Shown here piece after piece: positions 27,644 through 39,023 of a DNA stretch of 64,000 bases. The notes below the pieces were generated by a model. It did no database searches. It was not told where the DNA came from and saw nothing but the letters and a program-made list of their open reading frames with translations. Position numbers and translations under genes: made by a program. The DNA is taken from assembly GCF_006345805.1 (NCBI RefSeq), contig NC_043010.1, positions 12,834,001-12,898,000 on the forward strand. Direction: 5' to 3'. Every line of letters begins with the position of its first letter. Positions within the stretch are counted from its first letter, which is position 1. This stretch comes from Octopus sinensis. Lineage: Eukaryota.

Positions 27644-28300
27644 CCCAAGAACCTAAAATAATAAGCAAAATCATACTGCTTGTTACCAAGCCATACTCCC
27701 TCGTGAGTGACGGCTGGTTGAAGTGTGTTCTTTTCTTTTACCTTTAATAAAATAATTAATACTATGAATGAAAAAATTGATTGCAGTCGGGATCGAAACA
27801 GAATTAAGAATACTGCTTGACTTAGTATTGGCGAATGTCCCAAAATTCTAAATTTTCTGCTTTATTTAACCAAAGCCCAATAATTACATACATTACACTG
27901 TTCCACCTTTAATATGTTTTCAAGTCACGTGGTGCTTTTAATTAATTGCCAACGGCCGTGAGTCATATAGACGTGCGAGTGAACAAACAAAAGTAATTCT
28001 CAACCTATTTGGCTTGAGTTACATGTATTTAATGGTAGTTTTAACTCAGCTCCGTGTTACTCAGAGTTTCGTGGGAGTGGGACATGTCCACATCATCAGA
28101 CGTTCAGAGACAGAATTTATCTCCAAATATCTGATGAGGTACACGTTTCCTACGCCCATAAAACTTATTCTTTGTAAGCCTAGTACTTATTCTATCGGTT
28201 TCTTTTGCCGAACTGCTATGTCACAGGGACGTAACACACCGACATCGGTTGTCGTGCAATGGTGGGTGGACAGACACAGACACACAAATACATGCATACA

Positions 28301-28388
<88 letters not shown>

Positions 28389-28417
28389 TATATATTTATA
28401 TGTTATATGTATATATT

Positions 28418-28816
28418 TATAAAGGATCGTGAGTAAGGCCAGAACAATGCGAGGTAAATGCACTGTGAATTCCCGTGTCTAGCATCTACGGAAATGCCAG
28501 ACCCTGGAATTCACAGTGCACACCAGGGCAACACAGCGGATCAGGGGCAACCTTAGAATCTCATACACCACAGGAAACCAAATATCAACAACATAAGAGA
28601 ATTACAGGAAGCTAGCTGGCTGCTGTAGCAATACCTTTCCGTGCATGTCCACTCCACACACGCACATCGGCAACATTCGTTAATTTCTTGAAAATGGGGT
28701 TAAAGCCCCGAAATATTGAATGCAAGGTAAGTCTGCATTAATTCATACATTTGTCTTCTTGTGATTTGCCTTCCATTTACTTCGCATTGTTTTGGCTTTA
28801 CCCACGATCCTTTATA
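28418..28816. mobile_element. Element with 43-bp inverted termini, an internal long hairpin and a degenerate hammerhead-like motif (Penelope-like relic or MITE)
   Basis: 28418-28460 versus 28774-28816 form an inverted repeat with 4 mismatches; perfect 15-bp inverted repeat at 28459-28473 and 28506-28520. Confidence 0.6.
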
Positions 28817-28869
28817 CAATATATTCTACACAATGTTTCATAGTAATTATTCCATTATATATATATAAT

Positions 28870-29266
28870 GGAGTGGCTGTGTGGTAAGTAGCTTGCTAAC
28901 CAACCACATGGTTCCGGGTTCAGTCCCACTGCGTGGCATCTTGGGCAAGTGTCTTCTGCTATAGCCCCGGGTTTACCAATGCCTTGTGAGAGGATTTGGT
29001 AGACGGAAACTGAAAGAAGCCTGTCGTATATATGTATATATATATATATGTATGTGTGTTTGTTTGTGTGTCTGTGTTTGTCCCCCTAGCATTGCTTCAC
29101 AACCGATGCTGGTGTGTTTATGTCCCCGTTACTTAGCGGTTCGGAAAAAGAGACCGATAGAATAAGTACTGGGCTTACAAAAAGAATAAGTCCCGGGGTC
29201 GAGTTGCTCAATTAAAGGCAGTGCTGCAGCATGGCCGCAGTCAAATGACTGAAACAAGTAAAAGAG
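28870..29266 (+). mobile_element. SINE type A
   Basis: Matches the type A consensus. Confidence 0.9.
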
Positions 29267-29588
29267 TGTATATATATAGGGAGAATTCACAAAACAACAA
29301 AAGTTGAAGACAGATGGTGTAGACAACAAACAGATGTATTAGTTTAACGATAATTTAAGACTCAACAACAACAGCATTCGTCAACGTATATAATTGAGAT
29401 ACATAATCTTAAAATCTCGAACATCATCTTAGATTTGCTCAGTAACGTAGCGAGTGGATTGTAGTAGTGGTCCTCCCCGGTGACCCTTTTATGGAGGCGG
29501 CTCTTTTGTATCAACTGTATAAGCCTGTAAAGGTTCAGGGACACTTGGAGGGAGGCAAACTCAAAAGCTGTCCCAGACGACACACACT

Positions 29589-29892
29589 TTTGTTATTGTT
29601 TGTTCCTTCTCGAGCCATGCCTGGCTCATAAGGGCCGGTTTCCCGGTTTCTTGGCGTATAGGTTCCCCACCTGGACGGGACGCCGGTCCGTCGCAGGTGA
29701 GCTGCAAGATGCAGGAGGAAAGAGTGAAAGTTGTGGCGAAAGAGTCAGCAGAAGTTCACCATTACCTTCTGCCGGGCCGCGTGGAGCTTAGGTGTTTCGC
29801 TTATAAACACACACATCGTCCGGTCTGAGATTCGAACCCGTGATCCATTGACTGCGAGTCCGCTGCTCTAACCACTAGGCCATGTGCCTCCA
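29589..29892 (-). mobile_element. SINE type C2 inside the protocadherin intron
   Basis: 15-bp TSD CAGACGACACACACT at 29574-29588 and 29893-29907. Confidence 0.9.
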
Positions 29893-30019
29893 CAGACGAC
29901 ACACACTGTAGCTATGCCATTGATTTTATCAGTTGTTAATCTCAAAGAAACATGTAATAAAATTAAAAGCTGGTAAATATTTTAAACAAGTTTTGGTAAA
30001 GGTAATTTTGGTTGGAGAG

Positions 30020-30028
30020 ACTTACCTG
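30020..30028 (-). other. Splice donor CAG|GTAAGT (phase 0) ending the protocadherin exon
   Basis: Plus strand ACTTACCTG; perfect consensus. Confidence 0.8.
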
Positions 30029-32404
30029 CCGTGTCATTGGGAGACTTCGTGATGCGGCTGAAATTTTCCATTCTTGCTGCAAATCTTCTTGATTCCCCAT
30101 TCTCAATGACTGAGTATTTCTGTTTTTAATTTCATCGGGATTGCCCGTCGAGAAAACGGGATTGTTGGTTTGATAAATCAATAAGTTCTTTTCTTTACCT
30201 GATTGATCACATTGGCTAATCTCAGTTCTATGTTGAGGACTTCGGCTGTTATTGCATCTGACGATGCAAATGGTTATAGACACAACGACGACAGCGGACA
30301 CAATGACGGCACCTGCAACAATGACGATGACAAGATTCATATCTATCATCTCGTCTGAATATATGTCGACGGTCGTCAACATTTTTGCTGTTTTGTTGCT
30401 GACGGTCAGTACTAAAGATAAAGTGGTCATTGCTGATAAAACCGGCGTGCCACTGTCCTGAACAACTAAGTCTAAATTATATGACCCTGCATCATTTTGA
30501 TAAACAGTTCGAGAGAAAAATAAAACTCCTGTATAAGGGTTCACAGCAAACAGTTGTTTGTTGTTACCCCCTATTATTTCATATCTCAGAAAAGCGTTTA
30601 CATGACTGTCTCTGTCAGATGCCCTCAGAACTGCTATTTCATTTTTTCGATGTGGTTGATAGTGGACATCTAGACTAAAAGGATTAACACTAGGGAAAGT
30701 AAAATAGGGAACGTTGTCATTCTCATCCATAACTTCAACAATAACATTTGCTGTATTGTTTAAAGAAGGATTTCCATTGTCTTTTACTAACACCTTAAAT
30801 TGATATGTATCCTTTTGTTCATGATCCAAGGAATTTGTTGTGGAAATAAATCCATAATCAGTGATTTCAAAGGGTATAGAATATTCGTTGTTACTTAACA
30901 AAAAATAAGTAAGTTCACCCCCGGAGCCCTGATCAGCATCAGTTGCATTAACAAAGCCGATTGGAAACTTATGGTCCTCATTTTCATATGTCAGAAATTT
31001 GAAAGTGTCTTTTGTAAATTGTGGTTGTACATCGTTGACATCCATCACTTGGATAGAAAAATTTCGTTCTCTCCTCAGAGACGGTGATCCTTTGTCTTGA
31101 CAGCTGAGACTAATATCATAAAATTCTTTCGTTTCTCTGTCAACTTGCTTTTTCATTATTATTTTATATTCGTTAGAACCTAAATTTAACAGCTGAAATT
31201 TCTCGTGCTCTAGGTTACAATCAACTTCTCCATTCATTCCGATATCGTTGTCAATAACACTAACATATGCAATAAAACTGCCAACCTTAGTTCCCTCCGA
31301 GATACTAGCAGTATCTTTTGATAATTCAGAAACGAAATTTACGTCTATTTCTGGTGCATTATTCTGTTGATTAATTACATTCACGAGCACCATGGCTGTG
31401 GAACTTAAGGGTGGGTTTCCACCATCTCTGGCTTCAACGAACAGCTTATATTTCTGTTTCTGTCTAAAAGTAATTTTCTTCTGTACGAAAATTTCACCAG
31501 TTTCACTGTTGAGTTGGAAATATATTTTGGCTGTGTCCGATGTTTCGGAGCTGAAATGATATGAGACTCGACTATTTTCGCCAGAGTCTAAATCTTTCGC
31601 AGACAAAATAATAATTGGTCGCGTTTTTGGGTGAAAATTTCTTATTGAAATATTATAAATATTTTGCGTGAAAACTGGAGCGTTGTCATTAATGTCAGTT
31701 ACAGATATGTGAATATTTAATCTTCCTTCTCGAGGCAGTATACCGCCATCTTTTGCAATAACTTGGAGCATATAACTATCTTTCAGTTCTCTGTCTAACT
31801 TCTTTTCCAAAATTATATTTAATTTTGAAGTACCAATAACTCGTTTTGTTACGGACAATGTAAAAGGCTCATCAAACTTTTTTTTCAATAGATATGTTAT
31901 TGAAGAACTCAATAAACCAACGTCTTTATCTACTGCATTAGGTATAGATTTCATGGTTCCTTTGCCATCAGTTTCGTCAAACTGAATGTTAACTTGTTTT
32001 ACGGGAAATTCAGGCTGATGATCATTAATATCTTCTATGATTACCTTGATTTTAAGTATTTTCATAAACGCTTCAGCTTTGCGGACAGCTATTTTGATAA
32101 TCTTAAAGCATTCCGTGTTGTAAAAACAGAGCGATTCAGCATCCAAAGTCTGAGCAGTAAAAAGTTTTCCTGTCTTAGTGACGTTAAATAGTTGTGAGCT
32201 GCTAGTTTGTCTCTGTCGTAACCGGTTGTATGTGATTAAACTTGGATCTTTAAGATGTTCTAATATATGGGAATCAGAGGCTATATCGCCCACATAGCTG
32301 CCAGGGCCTCTGTTTTCTTTGACATGATAGATGAGATCTATACAAAAACTTAAACGAAGAAATATCAGGTGGAGCAAGATCACTAATGACAGTAACCAAT
32401 TCAT
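30026..32404 (-). CDS. Protocadherin, main coding exon (signal peptide, EC1-EC6, transmembrane helix, start of cytoplasmic tail; 793 codons)
   Basis: LDAESLC-x5-C in EC1; linkers DINDHQPEF, DINDNAPVF, INQQNNAPEI, DVNDVQPQF, DENDNVPYF; TM LVIVIVAGAVIVSAVVVVSITICIV. The raw ORF continues to 29963 past a consensus donor. Confidence 0.95.
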
Positions 32405-32445
32405 TACGGCAGCTGTTCATTGATGTCACTTAGAGAGTACAGCGT

Positions 32446-32475
32446 CTGCAAAGGAGAAAAGAAATGAGATGATTA
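32446..32475 (-). other. Splice acceptor (CATCTCATTTCTTTTCTCCTTTGCAG|) 41 nt upstream of the protocadherin ATG
   Basis: Polypyrimidine tract plus TTTGCAG; implies an upstream 5'UTR exon. Confidence 0.75.
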
Positions 32476-32784
32476 GTAGTGAACAACAGTTATAAAAAGT
32501 TAAATTATACAATTAGACTGTAAGTTGACCAAAATTGATGGTATGATAGAAGAAGGCTTGCTCTTCCTTCCGTAGAAGAAAAAATTCAAATCGGACCATG
32601 TTAACACCAAAACTCGATTTTTGCGCTTCTTATTTCCTATTTGCATACTCCTAGAAGGTATGAAAAATGGCTAATATTTCATTCAAACTTGGCTTTTGCT
32701 ACATACATTCAAACCCCAGAGAATCCTTTCCCCACTACACCTGCTCGGGATCAGAGGCGCTCATATTGTTAGTCACATTGTTAA

Positions 32785-33015
32785 GGCGGCTCGCTGGCAG
32801 AACCGTTAGCACGCCGGGCGAAATGCGTAGCCGTATTTCGTCTGCCGTTACGTTCTGAGTTCAAATTCCGCCGAGGTCGACTTTGCCTTTCATCCTTTCG
32901 GGGTCGATAAATTAAGTACCAGTTACGCACTGGGGTCAATATAATCGACTTAATCCGTTTGTCTGTCCTTGTTTGTCCCCTCTGTGTTTAGCCCCTTGTG
33001 GGTAGTAAAGAAATA
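32785..33015 (+). mobile_element. SINE type B inserted into an older retroelement fragment
   Basis: 16-bp flanking duplication CATATTGTTAGTCACA (32762-32777 and 33016-33031); the joined flanks resemble about 42635-42750. Confidence 0.9.
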
Positions 33016-33095
33016 CATATTGTTAGTCACAAGGGGACCTGCTCAAATTGCTGAGGTCAAACAACTGACAAGCAAATCTGTGGTGTTGAGCAGGA

Positions 33096-33486
33096 TCTCT
33101 CTTATATAAAGCTGAATTGTCTGTGTATGGCAGGTTTAGTAGCCTTCAACTAACACTATCTCCTCCGAGACCCTGTGGCGCAAGTTGACCAAAATTGAGG
33201 GTATGATAGAAGAAGGCTTGCTCTTCCTTCCGTAGAAGAAAAAATTCAAATCGGACAATGTTAACACCAAAAATTATTTACATCAAAAAGGTGCCTTTTT
33301 TCTATGAAAATACCTATTTTTTTACGACGTTTTGACTACTGTGTCGCCATTTTTCGGTGTATTTCAACCAGAAAAATGTTCACTTAAAGAGAATAACAAG
33401 CTATATATTGCAAAATTTTTACTTTTCAAAAATTCCAATTCTAAAGGGTCGAAACAAACCCGAGCAACGCCGGGCGATACTGCTAG
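33096..33486 (+). mobile_element. Non-autonomous Helitron, third body type
   Basis: A|TCTCTCTTATATAAAG 5' end; same 3' hairpin and CTAG|T. Confidence 0.75.
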
Positions 33487-33804
33487 TAGTTGCTATAATG
33501 ATATTTCCCGCTTCAGTAACACAGTGGTGAAGCTGTCTGAAATGTAATGGAAAATATGGAATATGAAGGGAATAGTAGTCGTTTCCTTTGATTTCTAGAT
33601 AGAAGCAAATAGGAAATAACATTCATTGGCCAAAGAAAAAAGAGTTAAAATTTTGTTCCACAGTTATGAAACATTGGAGTCATGCTTGGTATGAATAATA
33701 TTTCGACATTATAGTTGTAGGCATGGCTGCCTGCTTAAGAAATTCAATTTTGCGACCAACCATATGGTTTCACGTTCAGTCCTCCGACAGCGCAGTAGCT
33801 TATC

Positions 33805-33819
33805 ATACACACACACACG

Positions 33820-33857
<38 letters not shown>

Positions 33858-34292
33858 TTGTGTGTGTGTGTGTGTGTGTGTATTCTTTTATTGAGAAGAA
33901 GAAGAAGGAGGAGGAGGAGGAGGAGGAGAAGAAGACAAAAGAAGAAGATAGAAGAAGAAGAAAAAAAAGAAGAAGAAGACGAAGAGGAAGAAGAAGAAAG
34001 AAGAAGAAAAAATAATAAGAAGAAGAAGAAGAAGAAAAAGAACTAAGAAGAAGAAGAAGAAAGTAGAAGAAAGAAGAAGAAGAAAAAAGAAGACAGAAGA
34101 AGAAGAAGAAAAAAGAAGACAGAAGAAAAAGAAGAAGACGAAGAAGAAAGAAGAAGAAGAAAAAAGAAGAAGAATAAAGAAGACGAAGAAAAGAAGAAGA
34201 AAAAGAAGAAGACGAAGAAGAAGAAGACAGAAAAAAGAAGAAGAAAGAAGAAGAAAAAGAAGTAGACGAAGGAAGAGGAGGAGAAGAAGAAG

Positions 34293-34371
<79 letters not shown>

Positions 34372-34372
34372 T
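33805..34372. repeat. Compound microsatellite (AC)(GATA)(GT), then about 430 bp of GAA-rich polypurine, then (GTA)n
   Basis: Direct reading. Confidence 0.95.
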
Positions 34373-34684
34373 AATTCTTCAGAGTATGACACTCTAAAAT
34401 ACTAGATAATATAACGCTTTGAGTACCTTGCTACTAGAGTTAAGCTCCCAGCAAAACAAGAAAGAACAAGAAAAAATGGCGCCGTTTTTTCCCCAAGACG
34501 GAATAGTTTCGCTGCACTTTATTCTTTTATTTTTTTACTTGTTCCTGTCATCAGACGCTGGCCATGCCAAGCAACACTTCCAAGGACTTTTAGTCGAATG
34601 AATCAACCCTAGTCAGTTTTTTTTTTGTTTTTTTTTTAAGCCTGACACTTATTTTATCGTTTAATTCTTGGGGGGAACCAAGAA

Positions 34685-35004
34685 GGCGCGTGGCTTAGTG
34701 GTTAGGGGCATTCGGCTTACGATTGTAAGGTCGGGAGTTCAATTCCCGGCGACGCGTTGTGTCCTTGAGCAAGACACTTTATTTCACGTTGCTCCAGTCC
34801 ACTCAGCTGGCAAAAATGAGTAGTACCTGTATTTCAAAGGGCCAACCGTGTCACACTCTGTTTCACACTGAATTTCCCTGATAACTACGTTAGGGGTACA
34901 CATGTCTGTGGATTGCTCAGCCACTTGGACATTAATTTCACGAGCAGGCTGTTCCGTTGATCGTATCAGCTGGGACCCTCGTCGTCGTAACCGACGGAGT
35001 GCTC
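34685..35004 (+). mobile_element. SINE type D (tRNA head, CORE-like domain, tail X)
   Basis: GTTGTGTCCTTGAGCAAGACAC core; tail shared with type C; TCTTGGGGGGAACC repeated at both flanks. Confidence 0.85.
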
Positions 35005-35438
35005 CTATCTTGGGGGGAACCTCTAAGCTACGGGAATGTAATCACACCACAGCAATTATTGAACGATAGTGTCATTCGTAAAAGGTTTTGGTAGGCCCAG
35101 TCACACTGGTTTACTGCATTTCCCGCACTGATATTTATAAGAACATATCTTTAATTCTGCGTAGAACAAATAGCGGAGGGTGGAAAGGACTGTTTTTTTT
35201 TTTCGATTTTCTCACTGTTATTTTTATCTTTCGCCGATACAAACACACACACACACGCATACATGCACACTCAGCACACACATATAATGTACATGTATAC
35301 ATATAAAGAGAAGGACACATAAATTCTCTGTGTGTTTGTTTGCGCACACATAACTGTGTACATACATCTCTCTTTCTCGCTCTCTTTCCCTCCACACACA
35401 CACACACCTACACCTTTATATAATATATATATATATAT

Positions 35439-35840
35439 ACTCTTTACTCTTTTACTTGTTTCAGTCATTTGACTGCGGCCATGCTGGAGCACCGCCTTTA
35501 GTCGAGCAACTCGACCCCGGGACTTATTATTTTTGTAAGCCCAGTGCTTATTCTATCGGTCTCTTTTTGCCGAACCGCTAAGTTACGGGGACATAAACAC
35601 ACCAGCATCGGTTGTCAAGCAATGCTAGGGGGACAAACACAGACACACAAACACATACACACATATATATACATATATACGACAGGCTTCTTTCAGTTTC
35701 CGTCTACCAAATCCACTCACAAGGCATTGGTCGGCCCGGGGCTATAGCAGAAGACACTTGCCCAAGATGCCACGCAGTGGGACTGAACCCGGAACCATGT
35801 GGCTGGTAAGCAAGCTACTTACCACACAGCCACTCCTGCG
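35439..35840 (-). mobile_element. SINE type A
   Basis: Matches the type A consensus. Confidence 0.9.
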
Positions 35841-35963
35841 GTTCGGCAAAAAGAAAACGATAGAATAAGTACTGGTCTTACAAAGAATAAGTCCCGGGGT
35901 CGATTTGCTCGACTAAAGGCGGTGCTCCAGCATGGTCGCAGTCAAATGACTGAAACAAGTAAA
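35838..35963 (+). mobile_element. 3' half of SINE type A fused head-to-head to the preceding copy
   Basis: GCGGTTCGGCAAAA...ACTGAAACAAGTAAAA; GCG microhomology at the junction. Confidence 0.85.
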
Positions 35964-36639
35964 AAAATTTTTTTTTAAATATATATTTACACACATACAC
36001 ACACACAGATACACACGCAACATATCTATCAATGGATGTATGTGTGTATATACATACACACGCACACACATATATATACATAGGGTGAGTGGGGGCCGTG
36101 TCTATGTTTACTAGTGTAAAAACTGGTATTGTATCAAACAGACTGTAATAAGTTCTGGGGTCAAGTCCAGCCCCTTGAAGATGGTGTCCCAGCATGGATA
36201 CAGTCCAATGATCGAAACAAATAATAAAAAAAAAAAATACATACACACAGACACACATTTAAACATAACACTTAATCATTATAAAAACAATGACCCCGTC
36301 AAATATGACTGATAAATTTAAATTGAGTTGGTCTCTTGGTTAACATAATCAATCATATTCTCTAACAATCTTTTGTAATTTCTCCCGCCATTCTGATAAC
36401 AGCTCCTCTGCCTCACACTTCCCTCTTAACTCCATCCCCCCCTCTCTCTCCATCTTCTCTCCCCCCCCCATCTCCCTGTCTTCTGTCTTGCCCCCTCTCT
36501 CTCTCTCTCTTTCAGGCATATACGGGCAGCAGCGTACAGTGACTCTCAATGTCTGACGTTTGTATCTTAATGTTTACAGTTCGTAATACTAGGATATATA
36601 TATATTTAGGTTTCTGCTTAGTTCAATAGTTCTGTGTTC

Positions 36640-37416
36640 GGATCTTTTCGGTTTGAACGGCACTCTGTAACATAATTTCTAAGTAACTAAAAAAAGTTTT
36701 ACACTTCGTATACTGGTAGAATGTGTTTATAAAACATCATTTTTTGTTGGCTTTATTGAGAAAATTCTATAGTTTGTAAGATATTTCGTCTTTAATTTCG
36801 AGCATTTCGGCAATTTTAACCAATCGCTGACGTCCATTTAGGTAAATAACATTCTGTGCATAATGAATATGTCCCTCCTTTAAGAAACAGATTGGGCTTA
36901 TTTACATTTGTGAAGAAAAAATATACCCTTCCCTCACCCCTAACCCTAACCCTAAATCTAAAATAGATTGAAAAGCAATAGATCGATACCAGGGTTATAA
37001 TTATGGGTGACAATTTCATACGACACCGCTACGGAAAATGGGTTTTTTTTCTAGCGGTGTCAAATGAAAATGTCACCCATAATTATGGCCCTAGTATCGA
37101 TCTATTGCATTTCAATCTGTTTTAGGGTTAGGGTTAGGGGTGGGGGAAAGGGCATCTTTTTTTTCTTCACAAATGTAAATAAACCCAATCTGTTTCTTAA
37201 ACGAGGGACATATTCATACGGCACAGAATGTTTTCACCTCAAATAGACATCATTGATTGGTTGAAATTGCAGAAATTGAAGAAAAAAAAACAACAAATAT
37301 CTTACAAACTATAGAATTTTCTCAATAAAGCCAAGAGAAAACGATGTTTTATAAACACATTCTACCAGCTACCTAGAAATTATTTTTAAAAACTGCCGTT
37401 CAAACCGAAAAGATCC
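36640..37416. mobile_element. Two GG-MITE copies fused tail-to-tail into a foldback of about 780 bp
   Basis: Both outer ends are the left TIR; inner TIRs are absent; GACACCGCTA and TAGCGGTGTC face each other across 20 nt. Confidence 0.85.
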
Positions 37417-38011
37417 TAGATATGTTTGCTACTGTTGATTGTAAAACTTTGAAATATTTTAGACGATGTTCATAATTTGATATTTTAAGACTATAACTAT
37501 GTTAGGTTTGGAATATTTGGAGACTTCATAAACACTTTGCACCACTTTGCCGGGAATATATCTTCAAAATCTACAATTATATAAAACTAAATGACACTTC
37601 AATAATATTTTGTCGATTACTTAAACTTTGTACATCGTTGGTGTCAAAAGACATAATTTTTAACAGTATTGACTTTCTTACATAGCCTTCGACTTTTTTC
37701 TATCCAATATGGTGTTTTCGACTTAATAATTTACATGCTATTATTAATAGCTTTATGTGCTTCAAGATCCACTGTACCAAAAAAAAAATAATAAAGAACT
37801 GTTCTCTCGAAAGTTTATAAAATTCTTATGATGCCGATAATGAATGTATATGGTGTAATGTTGCAAACAGCTGTATACATACATACATACATACATGCAT
37901 ACATACATACATACATACATACATACATACATACATACATACATACATACATACATACATACATTACATACATACATTACATACATACATACATACAGGA
38001 ATAGAAAAAGT

Positions 38012-38047
38012 CTTTTACATTTCGAGCCTACGCTCTTCCACAGAAAG
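38012..38047 (-). ncRNA. Minimal hammerhead-like motif with a variant core
   Basis: Minus strand CTTT-CTGTGGA-A-GAGC-GTAG-GCTC-GAAAT-GTA-AAAG, with stems I and II fully paired. Confidence 0.45.
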
Positions 38048-38202
38048 GGACACAGAAAAAACAAGGTGAGAAAAAAATGTGTGTAGTAGCTAACGATCTA
38101 TCATGGCGACTGATAGATCGTATATATATATATGTATTATACATATACATATATATATGTATATATACATATTTTATATATATATATGTATATATACATA
38201 TA

Positions 38203-38367
38203 TCATCATCATCATCATCATCATTTAACGTCCGCTTTCCATGCTAGCATGGGTTGGACGGTTCAACTGGGGTCTGGCAAGCCCGAAGGCTGCACCAGGC
38301 CAGTCAGATCTGGCAGTGTTTCTACAGCTGGATGCCCTTCCTAACGCCAACCACTCCGAGAGTGTAG

Positions 38368-38368
<1 letters not shown>
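38203..38368 (-). mobile_element. Retroposon type E 3' end
   Basis: Reverse complement of 7160-7315, with a (CAT)n tail. Confidence 0.8.
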
Positions 38369-38413
<45 letters not shown>

Positions 38414-38424
38414 ATATATATATG

Positions 38425-38459
<35 letters not shown>

Positions 38460-38923
38460 GATATATATATTGTTGTTGTTGTTGTTGTTGTCGTTACACG
38501 CTATATTTTATGGCTTATCTACTTCAAGATTCAGTGTTCCTAAAAAAATATATACAGAGCGGGAGAGACAGAGTGAGAGGGAGGGCGGTTAAATTGGTAG
38601 ATATAAGCTTATGTGTACTTGTGTATCTCCGTGTATGCCTGGATATATATTATATATATATATATAAACATATATATACATGCATACATATATTTTAAAC
38701 TATATATGTTCTATTATTATTGTATGTTGTTAAATTAATATATATACATATTTTCGTACACATATATGAATTCATCGGTGTACTTGTGTTCATAAATATA
38801 TACTATATGTGGATATATATATATATATATATATATACACATGTATGTATGTATTCATTATGTGTGCGTATATATATATATATATATATACATACTTACA
38901 TGTATGTATTTATTATGTGTGCG

Positions 38924-39023
<100 letters not shown>

